NCBI GenBank assembly: GCA_030141605.1
Contig: JAQGDQ010000337.1
Coordinates: 124,001 to 188,000 of the forward strand
DNA from: Tubiluchus corallicola
Taxonomy: Eukaryota > Animalia > Priapulida
Direction of reading: 5' to 3'
Length of the DNA: 64,000 nt
The translations under genes were made by a program, and so were the position numbers. Below the pieces are notes generated by a model. The model ran no database searches. It saw only the letters and a list, made by a program, of their open reading frames with translations, and had not been told where the DNA came from. Position 1 is the stretch's first letter. Each line of letters starts with the position of its first letter. Below are positions 25,501 through 37,400 of this stretch, piece by piece.

Positions 25501-28412
25501 AACGAAAATATCTTGAAAGACAATCAACAATAAACGCTCGCAATGTTGCTATCATAGGTGGCCGTATACTCTGATGAAAATAATTCTCGTTCCAAAGTTT
25601 TGTGATAACTAAAACGATTGCCGTTTTTCAAAAAACTCTCTGTCCACGGATAACAATGCATTCACAGAAAAAAAACCTATAGATACTGCTAGAATATTGA
25701 TTTTTGACACGACTTAAATATTTAACAATAAAATATCACATGAATCAATAAAAATGAGAATTTAAATGCCAGACATCGTTATAAAACTGGCATCGTCGAC
25801 ATGCTTATACAAGTTTCTTCTACGTTACAAAAAATTGATACATTGAATTATGACATACACACATGCACATGTAATTATTATATATATTATATACATAAGT
25901 GCAGTTTTACCGCAAAATGGACCGAGGATTATTTGCCAGTCCTTAAGTATTATAAACACTAGATACGATTATACTGACCATTAAAGACAACTACGAATGG
26001 GAAAGTCGTTCCAGCAATACTTGGTACAGTGACATAAAATGTGAGATATTCTATGACTTTACAATTCAAACGCATGTTTATACAATGCTGCAAAACATCA
26101 ACGAATTAGTTTTTAAACACTATTTACTCACTTCCAAGTAGCACTTAAGAATTGTGAAAAACAGATTCTCAATATATTGACTAGGTTACACACATAGAAG
26201 TGAAAAGTGACATTTTAATTGTGAAATGTTTTTTCGCTGCAGGTGACCAGTGCAATAAATATTGCAATTAAAAAGATCAGTGTTGTGTGAAAATGATAAA
26301 ATTGACTTAAGAAATGGAACGATAAAACCTGACATTTGAACGATGCATCCTATGAGAATCTCTGCAATCTTCACAGCAACAGAGAAAGAAATGATATATT
26401 GTACCAAGTTTTAAGAGAATATACAAAACAAGTAATCAGTGCTGAATAATTATGAAGTACATTAATAGTGATAATAATAAGTAAATTCTGCAGCAGAAAA
26501 CGTATTTGTACCATATACGATGCAATCCTAACACGCACGTACAACGTGTTACACAAGAACTATCTTGCACCGTAAAGATCTGCACTTTAAAAACCAAATT
26601 TACAATGTGCTCTACATTTAAAACTCAGTAAAATTTTAGCAAAATTATCAACATGTTAGAAATGACACATCAATTTACCCTAGCGCTTGGGTTCAACGCT
26701 ATTCAGCCCCTAACTGCCAACATGACTATTTATAGGCTCATGTAATGCAGCGATAAATGTCATATCAAACCCTATTAGACTTAGTTAAACTTATGTACTG
26801 TACATAAACACAACTTGTCAAATTTACACAACAATAATAAGAATCAGAACACAATTCACCTAAACTTTACTCATAGCATACAGCAAAGAAAAACATCGAA
26901 CCAGCAACGCAAACCAATCTATTGCCAAGCAAAATGTTTTTCTAAGATTTCTCATATTTCCTCATGCGATGAAATCATGAGACCATACCACAACAAGTGG
27001 TAACTTTCCAGCTTTCTGTAAGTTTGTAATGATTGACATTATGCAATCATTTTCATAACAATTAGAAAAACGAGTTGAATAGATTAATAAACAAAGTCTA
27101 AAGGTGTAACTTTCTACTACCTACACCTCATATCAGACTGAATGAACATATAGATCAAATGATAAAATATCTGCACGTATAAGAATTAATAAAACTTGCC
27201 AAATGTTTTAAACTTGTAATGTACTGCAGGTATTTCGCCAATATTTTGACTGCTTGCAGAAAGCTTTGAGTCATAAATTAAAAGGATTTCAATATCACCA
27301 CAATTAAGAAGAACTGTGCCCATTAAGTCTACTGAGAAAAATTTGCAAGGTTATAATTACAATTTTTCCAGGTTTGCCCAAATGTTTAACTTGTCGTTTA
27401 AACAAACTAGTCAGCCTGGGCAGTGAGTTCGTTTCCTGTGAAAGGATTTTTCCCACTCTAATGACTAATATTCCAGTCCATAATGACATTACGTTCCAAT
27501 AAATTCTACCCTATCCTCCGGCTTGTATAATTAAATTTTGCAAAGTCTTCCACCGCGCTTGCACGCATTCAGTCGTATGAAAACAGCTAATACAAAGTCC
27601 ATTGTAAATGCGACGACTACAGCAGTTCCCTGCGTCTTATAGACGTTACAGAAAAATGAATAGTACAAACGTTGCACCAGTCCAGTATTTACAAATTACG
27701 ATACAAAATGGGCGAATGTACAGCAGCTCTTTCTTTGTATCACTTACCAAAATATATGACAAGCTAAAGGCGAATACATAATAAAACCTTACCAGGTGTA
27801 CAAAACAGGTATACAGAAAGCACCGGTTAAACCGAATGCTACGTATGGCAGTAAAAACAACCCTATTTTAAACGAAAAATAAACTTTGGATAAAAAGTTT
27901 CACCGGTTTTTTTTTGTTTCCACACATATTTCCCGCCGCTGAATTACATCATCAGCAAAGTTGCTAAAAATCCGTAAACATACAAAAAGTTTGTACAACA
28001 TAGTTTAAAAACGACAGCTGATTTGATTGCAGTAAGACCGCAACTGCAGTTGAAATCTTTTAAACACCGGATGCTATAATGGACTAAATACCGGGGAGTC
28101 ACTGGCTAATATATTAACGTATTCTTATCACAGAATAGCACCAATGAAATCATATATTTATCCAGGAGCCTGCTGTGCTACTCCTGTCTGTAAATTCTTA
28201 CTACACTACATCTGTAGATGAAACGGATCTGAAATGGACCGCACCTCATCTACAAAATATATATTTATACATATTCAATGTTTTGTGTGCGTATGAGACA
28301 ACTTTGCACCTGTTTCTAAAATAATAAACAAACACTAATGTTTACACAGATTGTCTTATGCGGATGCTGGTAAAGGTGCTCGGAGTGACGTTAATGATGG
28401 CAACGACAATAC

Positions 28413-31400
28413 CTATATTCCTGCAGGCGGGCTGGAGCCGTTGGACACTGCGGAAGCGGCACTGGATGCCATGGCAGACAACACGCGTTGTCTGTCCGAA
28501 GGAGCTAGGATTCCAGCCAGCAGAGGAATGTGGTAATACTTGCACAGCGGTCGACTGCACTTGCCTTTGACGTAATCTCGACACACGGTAACTTTTCCAT
28601 CAGTTATTTCTACATAATCTGCAAAATTGTTTACATTTGGCAAATTAAATACTAATGCGATGCAATTAAGTTAAGCTGCACTGAGTTTGGACAGCAAACT
28701 AGATGGTCTGCCACTGAGAAGACTGATTCTCAGCTTAACACATCGATTCCCCGTTGCCTTTCCATTACCATCCTTCCTTTTTTTTATCTCTGACCTAATT
28801 GTGTTTTGTTTTTTTCCCTTTTTTTGAATGGCTTTGACAAAATGCAGCAGTATTGCCATGCCAAGTCTCTTCAGTCTAAACTGTGATTAGTAAATATTAT
28901 TAATATAACATTAATAAACTGCATTTATGCGCATTTTTCTCACAGATTCAGTGTAAGTTTATATTCAGTGTCATTATAAACAAATAAATAAACTTGAAAC
29001 TTCTGGGCAGTTTCACCTGCTACACAAGTATTCTCTTCAAGAGTACATGTGCACACACATGTGAACATGTGTCGGACGCTCCTGCCAGTTCAGTATCTCA
29101 TGTTAGAGAAACACTCTTAATAATGAGCAACAATAATCATAAAGAAACACAAAGAATCATTTGTTAGAATATCGTGGATAGACTGAAAGTGTCACAGTGA
29201 AGATGAACTTTGTTATCAGTTTTATCAACTATCAATTAGCATTGAATTAAACAAAGAAGAATAAAAGTAAAATATTTACTGTACCTTCAACTACATGTAC
29301 GTATTTGCACTGGGGCCGCTTACAGTTGCCCGTCTTAAAATCTCGGCACACTAGGAGGGTGTCCAGCAACTGAAGAACGAATTAAATTATTCATTAATAA
29401 CATTAAACGAGTTATCTTTTCAGATGAATGTTCACTAGATGTCTGCAGCTTAATCACCAACAGTTACAAAGGGTAATCAGAAGTTTTTGGCCACGCCCTG
29501 AATTAAAGAAGATACATGGTAGTAGTAGTAGGACACAAAGTGCATTCGTTACAATTCAAAAAATACTCATCAGTGCAAGACGTTTCTGCAGTGTTACATC
29601 ATTCAAAAGCCAATCAGCCAATATGGCACTTATGAGTCATACGATAGTTGTAACTTTTTGTAAAATATGATTTTGCAAAAATCGTTTGATCAACGTTTTG
29701 AAAGCCAAAATTGCTAAATTATTTTATAGAACATCAGTTTATTATACACTGCTGGCAGGACCGGCTCTAGGTAGTTTGACGTCATAAGCAAAAGTATTTT
29801 AGCGCCCCCTCCTGAATGGACAACCTCTTCCCCATAGTCCATTTCAGAACCCCCAATATTGCATTTTTCTTGTACAATATTATAAGAAAGTATAATGGTA
29901 CTGGTGTATTAGAATTATGCATGTATTATAGTGCACTAATTAAGTGTAGTTAATTACCTATCTACAGTTTGTGTTGACTGAATTTGAAACAGAATTTATG
30001 ACTGATCGAATTTGAAACTGAATTTATGACTCCACTGTTTTCTATGTAAGTCGCCAGCTTTTTTATCATTCGTTTCCTGTATTCCATCTTGAAGGCTTCA
30101 ATTCTTATTTGCTTCATCTGACATAATTAAATGAATGCCATTGCAAGAAATTTTTTTCTTAACAGAATGGTTATTCTGTAAAAAGTTATATAGAAACAGT
30201 GGGCAGGAGGATGGTCATGTGTCTGTAAGGTCTGCATGAAATGACGTAATCTTAGGAAACAAGATAAAACAAAATTAGAAGCAAATTAGTTGTTTTATAT
30301 AAAAGTAAAAACAGAAAGTGTTTTGCCACGCATGCAGACACTTGCTGGCGTCGATGAATCATACATTTGAAAGGAAAATAACGCAACTTGTTTGTTTCAT
30401 TTAATTAGTGTTATGCACTTAAGGAATTATGCATAAACTATGTTATTACTTGTACTAAACTTAAAAATGAAAGAACTAGTACTAGAATTTGGGATGCGTA
30501 GATTGCCTAGTTACAGAGCCGGCCCTGGCTACTGCTTTTTAAGCTTATTAACAAACCTCAGAAATAGCACATATTTCTGAGGTCTTCAGAGCTGAAGGTT
30601 AGAGACAGTTGTAGATTCTTGGCTTCAGTTGAAATAAATTATCTTCAGACGTAGACAAATTGCAAACAGAATTTCCTTATTGTCGAGAAATTAGAATTCC
30701 TCTTTTATGTATTGGCTTCAAATACAGTTCAAGCAGAAATAACTAGGTCAATTTCTACAGAGATAGGTTAGTTAGTATTATAGTACGATATTTTTCTTCA
30801 CGCAAGATAAAAATTTTGGTTGCAAAATGTCTACGTCTATAGAAGATTTATTTCTACACACCTGAAGCCAAAGATTTACAACAGAGACTTCTGATCAGCC
30901 ATGGTAACCAGATGTTTCAGATGTACAGAGTAAATCAAATAATGCAATTATGTATAAAAGCAACAACACAAGATGGCGCTTGAACTGCACAAGATTCCAA
31001 GCTTAGCCGTTACTTAATCAGCATGTACTACTAATTAAAATTCACCGAGACCAAGAAATGAAGAGCTAAAAGTTATGAATATGTTACAGTGTTTTTTTGT
31101 CGTTTAGTTAGGCCTGCACCACAGCCCACAAGCTTTCAGCATAACATGAACTGAGAAAAATCAGCAAAACAAAAAAACAGCCAACAACCGAAATTAGTAA
31201 AATACCTGGTTTGACTCATCAAAGTAATTAACACTAGCAGCGTTAGTAACTACGGGAATGCTCGTCACAGATGGCATCAGAGGCACTTCATGTTTCCATG
31301 ACAACGAGGCGTGCACATCCAATAGCAATACAGCGCCAGCAACAGCAGCGGAAAGGAGTAGTGTGCATGCAGTGTGTAATTGTGTGCAGTGTGAATTAAG

Positions 31401-34400
31401 CAGTTGGAGAAATGGTCAAGCATGAAACGAAACAGAAAGAAGTTAGGAAATGACCAATAAGTGTCCAAAAAGCTGAAATTGAACAGTTTAAATAGACAAC
31501 AGCAGCTTTGAAATGCTGAAGATTTTTTTACAAAATGACTCATATCTGATGCCTCGTTTTTGTGACTTCTTCTAATAACATCACTGAATGGAATAGAATG
31601 TGTAAGTTATTAACATTTTGTCAGAAAATTTGGTAGACACGAATATAAAATGAGAAAATATGCACAAAGAGTTTTGCTACAATTCCGAAATGAAGATCTT
31701 TCTGCAGTAATATATATATTATTTGAAAAAATAATTTTACTATTTTAAAATTCAATTCCAGCTATAATGGTCACCATTAAAAATTATGATTTCCAGTCAC
31801 AAATGTTAATACTTCCTTTATAACAGTAAGAACAAAGAGCTGTCAAATGTATAAACAATACTAAAAATTGTAAACAGTTTTGAAAAGTATTAAAACACTC
31901 GAATACACTAAAGTTATATTATTTAGTAAGAATCGTGAAAAACCCGGAGCAGAGCTTGAATCTTGGTAAATCGTCCTACGGGTTTCTGGGAATTCAGATC
32001 TACAAAAATTTCTGGCTCCTTGCCCTGACTCTCTACCCTAGTCAAAGGGTAGCACACAGGTGCCAAATAATTTTAAAATGTGGCTACATGAGAGGACCCA
32101 TGGTGTGAGCCACTCCACATTTTCAATGATTTGTCAATACTTCACCATTTTACATGATAAAAAAGACTAGTTTCACTATGTGAGAAAGCTGCAGTATGAC
32201 TCAGTCAGTAGTGTCATGCACCATCAAAGCCATATTTTCGTTTATCCATTTAAACTCCATTTTATAGACGAATGAGTTTTTCTTAGTCAGCTTTTACGAC
32301 AGTAGCAGTAATCATGACTGAGCCTTGGTGCTTCTAAACTCGACAAAATTGCGAATTTTGTGAAAGTTTTTTTGATTAGCAATGATGACTGAACTCGTGA
32401 GTAAGAATAGCATGAGTGCAGTCATGACAGGGCAGTGAGGAACAAGCCTTGGATGCTTACCTATCTAAGTTTGTGTAGCAGAATGCACTAGAGTAGTGGA
32501 ACAACAGTGCCCAAAATTACTCAAATGCACAAATACTCAGCCACCATTTTGTTCGAGTGATGCACCATATGATTTCTCTTGGTTTTCCTTTGTTTCACTA
32601 AAAGCTTATTTTTCAAAGCGAGAAAAAACTGGAATAACTCATCCTTTTTGACTGTTTCCTGGCCATTTTTTGCAAAATGCATAAATTTGTTGTGTAGAGA
32701 ACAATAGGAGCTCGCTAAAAGATTGAAAGTAGTTCAAAAACACACTCTGCAGTGGATGTCGTTGATATAGGTTCCGTGGGAAGCCCTGGGTCTCGTGCAG
32801 GTCTTATTTTACTTCGTTCCCAGTTTCGTGGGGCCTTGCTAATTATATACATGTATTAACAGTCAGACATGTTAATGAAACTGAATTTAGAAACCAAAAC
32901 TTGAACGGAAATTTTTGAGACGTCGGAAACTGATACCGTAACAAAATTAAACCTAAATTGTTTTAGAAACAAGTAATGTACTTTCTTTTTTTTCTCGTTT
33001 GCTTCATTTGCTCTGATACAAACTTGATGACATAGCTAATCGACAAAAATTCGTATTGCATAACAGTGGAACTAGGACTAGAACCACGAAATTCAACAGC
33101 AACTACAACTTGGCACTGACTGCTTAAAAAATTAACTAATTTTATTTTGTATGAATTTGGTTGCCTATATTTCATAAATTCTGAAATTAAACTTGGCTTT
33201 GTTCAAATCACGCATTAATATTTCAGTTGACTGTGCCTGGAGACCCTAAAGCTTCACAGTCATTGGCACGGAAGATATACTGCGTCGCCGTAAGAAACTG
33301 ACTTTCGGTTTTACTTGAAATGAAATTTTCGATTCATTTGAGCTATTTTAGTTAATATATTTACCTTTTTTAACATCTAAGAAAAAGGTAAGCTAGACAA
33401 ATCATTTAAAATCGAAAATTACAAAGTTTCGGTTACGGCGAAAACAAAACTGAACAGAAAAGAAAATTATCGGCAAATGGAAATGAAAGTCATTTTCGGT
33501 TACAACTCTGACAACATTTTCACAACAAAATTAATTGCCAATACAAGCCATCCGTGTAGTTTAGTTGCTTTTTCTAGATTTACCCTGATTTACAGATTCG
33601 CTGTTACAAATGTCTCTCATTAGTATTTAGTCAGTTTTGTTAACGACTATAGGGTGCTGACTACTGACACACCGACAGCCTCTTGCAGCTCCTCAAAAAT
33701 GACGAACATGACTGGGACTTCAACTTTTTATGCTAACTTTTGAGGACAAGAATAGTCAAATGTTGTCAGACAACTTTCCCCGGTGTCATTAGCATCTAAA
33801 TTTCAACTTTCCCCGGTGTCATTAGTATCTAAATTTCAACTTTCCCCGGTGTCATTAGCATCTAAATTTCGACTTTCCCCGGTGTCATTAGCATCTAAAT
33901 TTCAACTTTCCCCGGTGTCATTAGTATCTAAATTTCGACTTTCCCCGGTGTCATTAGTATCTAAATTTCGACTTTCCCCGGTGTCATTAGCATCTAAATT
34001 TCAACTTTCCCCGGTGTCATTAGTATCTAAATTTCAACTTTCCCCGGTGTCATTAGCATCTAAATTTCGACTTTCCCCGGTGTCATTAGTATCTAAATTT
34101 CGACTTTCCCCGGTGTCATTAGTATCTAAATTTCAACTTTCCCCGGTGTCATTAGTATCTAAATTTCAACTTTCCCCGGTGTCATTAGCATCTAAATTTC
34201 AACTTTCCCCGGTGTCATTAGTATCTAAATTTCAACTTTCCCCGGTGTCATTAGCATCTAAATTTCGACTTTCCCCGGTGTCATTAGTATCTAAATTTCG
34301 ACTTTCCCCGGTGTCATTAGTATCTAAATTTCAACTTTCCCCGGTGTCATTAGTATCTAAATTTCAACTTTCCCCGGTGTCATTAGTATCTAAATTTCAA

Positions 34401-37400
34401 CTTTCCCCGGTGTCATTAGTATCTAAATTTCTACTTTCCCCGGTGTCATTAGTATCTAAATTTCGACTTTCCCCGGTGTCATTAGTATCTAAATTTCGAC
34501 TTTCCCCGGTGTCATTAGTATCTAAATTTCGACTTTCCCCGGTGTCATTAGTATCTAAATTTCGACTTTCCCCGGTGTCATTAGTATCTAAATTTCAACT
34601 TTCCCCAGTGTCATTAGTATCTAAATTTCGACTTTCCCCGGTGTCATTAGTATCTAAATTTCGACTTTCCCCGGTGTCATTAGTATCTAAATTTCAACTT
34701 TCCCCGGTGTGATTAGTATCTAAATTTCAACTTTCCCCGGTGTCATTAGTATCTATATTTCAACTTTCCCCGGTGTCATTAGTATCTAAATTTCAACTTT
34801 CCCCGGTGTCATTAGTATGTGACATCTAAATTTGTGCGATTGCTCAACGCTTTCTATTTGGTCGAGGAAAAGACACAATTATGCCAGATTTCTAGAGCGA
34901 CAAATTTGGTGACAATTTTGAACTTTTCATTGATAACTGGGCTAATTTTATTTGAACTCTAATAACATTAGTGTGTCAACATAACACTCTCCGAGTGCAA
35001 TAATATCCGTCATGCTCTTTCTTAAAGGAAAGGCCAAGCCGTCTAGGAGGTTAGGATTTTATTTCAATGTAATTCAGTAATTCAGTAATAAAACTGCAAT
35101 AAGTAACTAGCAAAATCACTTTAAAGTCGTGATGACTTCACGTTTGGGCGCTCCCATTTTCAATGCCCATTCTTCTTCCAATGACGTAATTCGTCTTGAA
35201 AAAAAGTAACGCACTGCCAATTTTCATCAAAAGTATAAGTTTTTACAAAAAATAGATAATGTAATATTTTTGTGTTAAGATTAGGTAAATTGCAGAAGTT
35301 TGAATTAGTTTGAGCAGCGCGTGCTTATGGAAAGCCACGAAGTGCTTACGACAAGTCGTGAAGTCTCCATGCAGTTATGTCATTATGTTCAAGTGAATGG
35401 CGGCAACCACTAAGTCAGAAAATTCCTATTCAAAGGTAGTGGTATTTTAAATTTATGCTTTATAGGCAGTACTTGAGGCAAATTTGAGTGACTTGTTCTT
35501 TCCTTTAAAATGATACATTTCCTTTAAAACTACAATTTATGCCTTAAGAAAAACTATAATAGTCGGCTTATAGAGACGATGCCAGTGTTACTTACAGGAA
35601 ACTGGGATGTACGGCTGCGGCAACTGCATCGAGGTTATTGCTTGCTGATATGTAGCTCCTGGTTGATAGACTGGCACCCCACTTTTTTCCATGGCAGGCC
35701 TTTTCGTCGCATACTGCACTACTGGGAAAGCAGCAGCCTGCTTTAATAACAGAAATAAATACTTTAATCACGGAAGTCGAAATCAACAACGCAAATTTTC
35801 CTACAAAACTAGATTTTACAGAGTCAATGACTTCTAAGATGTAAAAATGAAATTAAATGGAAAATTATTATGACAATAAAATTTCCGAGTTTATTTTGTG
35901 GGATTAAACTGAAGCATTTAGAATTAAAAAAATAACTAAAATTTAAAGATTTAAAAAGTTTATAAAATCATCTACTAGAAATGAAGAGGAATCCTTGATC
36001 TTTGCTAAACGCAGGAGAGCACAGATATAATAAAAGGGCGGATTTGCACCATTATCATTAAACAAAAACTCTAGGAAATCTAAACTCTTTAAAAGAGTGG
36101 ACAAGTGATCCTTTAATAAGCAAGTCTAATTAAAAAAATTAAAGGCAGACCTGGAAAAAATAAAAAAATGAAACTTAAAAATGCAGTTAAATCAACTCTT
36201 CATCCTGATATTTTATGATAAATGCAAAGCCTGATATTAGCAGTTAATATACAGCACAGAAATAGAAATGTTCCCAAAACATAGCTGCTAATATACAGCA
36301 TAAAAATAGAAATGTTCCCAAAACATAGCTGCTAATATACAGCATGGAAATAGAAATGTTCCCAAAACATAGCTGCTAATATACAGCATAAAAATAGAAA
36401 TGTTCCCAAAACATAGCTGCTAATATACAGCATGGAAATAGAAATGTTCCGAAAACATAGCTGCTAATATACAGCATGGAAATGTTCCCAAAACAAAGTC
36501 CAAAACACAATTTAACATTAATGAATTTAAAACGTGATTAGAGAATAACGATGAAACGATGGGTACCATTTCTAAAGCAGAGTGGAAATTACAAATGGAA
36601 AGCACTCGTAAGCAGAACTATTTACAAGCAACTACTGATTGACGACATAACATTACACCATTTTAACTTTAGATCTCTGGCCAAATAACACTTACAAATA
36701 TTAATTAGTCATTCCTCGCTAACTTTTTGTAGTTTCTAAAATATGTGTAGATTATTTCATAAGAATAAAACGTTAAGATTTCTGGTGCTAACTATAGTAA
36801 CGAAAACAGCATAGAGAGGTATCACTATGACTGCTAAGCGGTCTGATTTAATCTGCTTCCGCGAGGTTAGCAAAACTTTCAGTTAATAAGTTGCAAAGCA
36901 AAATAAAGTCGACTTGAAATAAATAATACAAACAAGGTGTGCAGTACAAGCACCGACCAGAAGCAGAGTGACCATCAGACCACGAAGCAAGAAGAACCCA
37001 TGCAAAAGCACTTTAGGGAAAGTAGTACCAGTATAATGTCGTCGGTGGCATCGTGCGGACGTTTCTTCGCCCCGCTGAGTACGGCGGCAGCAGTGGTGGT
37101 GTCCAGTTGTGTTGGCTAATTAGTATGCAGTACAGCAGCCATGAGCAGGGCACACAGTTGCAAGCAGCAATGCATTGTGGGAGATGAAACAAAACAAAGC
37201 ACAATTGAAACCATGCACATTGTCAAAAATGAATGACAATCCAAGAACAAAAACCACTGTTACCAGTAGAGGTGCCCAAAGCGTATTTCCAGCATATTTT
37301 AGCAAGCCTTTCAAATACTTGTTACTGTTGCGTGCACTATGACAACCTGCCTGGACGGGCCAAGCTACAACACTTAGTCAGCCATTTGCAATTAGGCAAA

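Noticed and set aside
33783-34712. 309-aa ORF ([11 protein letters not shown])n, or a CRISPR-like array
   Set aside because: Pure 33-bp tandem repeat with no unique spacers and no ATG start, in a eukaryotic intron.
37263-37340. Possible extra MBNL exon ending ...WAPLL|gtaaca
   Set aside because: No convincing phase-0 acceptor or pyrimidine tract.
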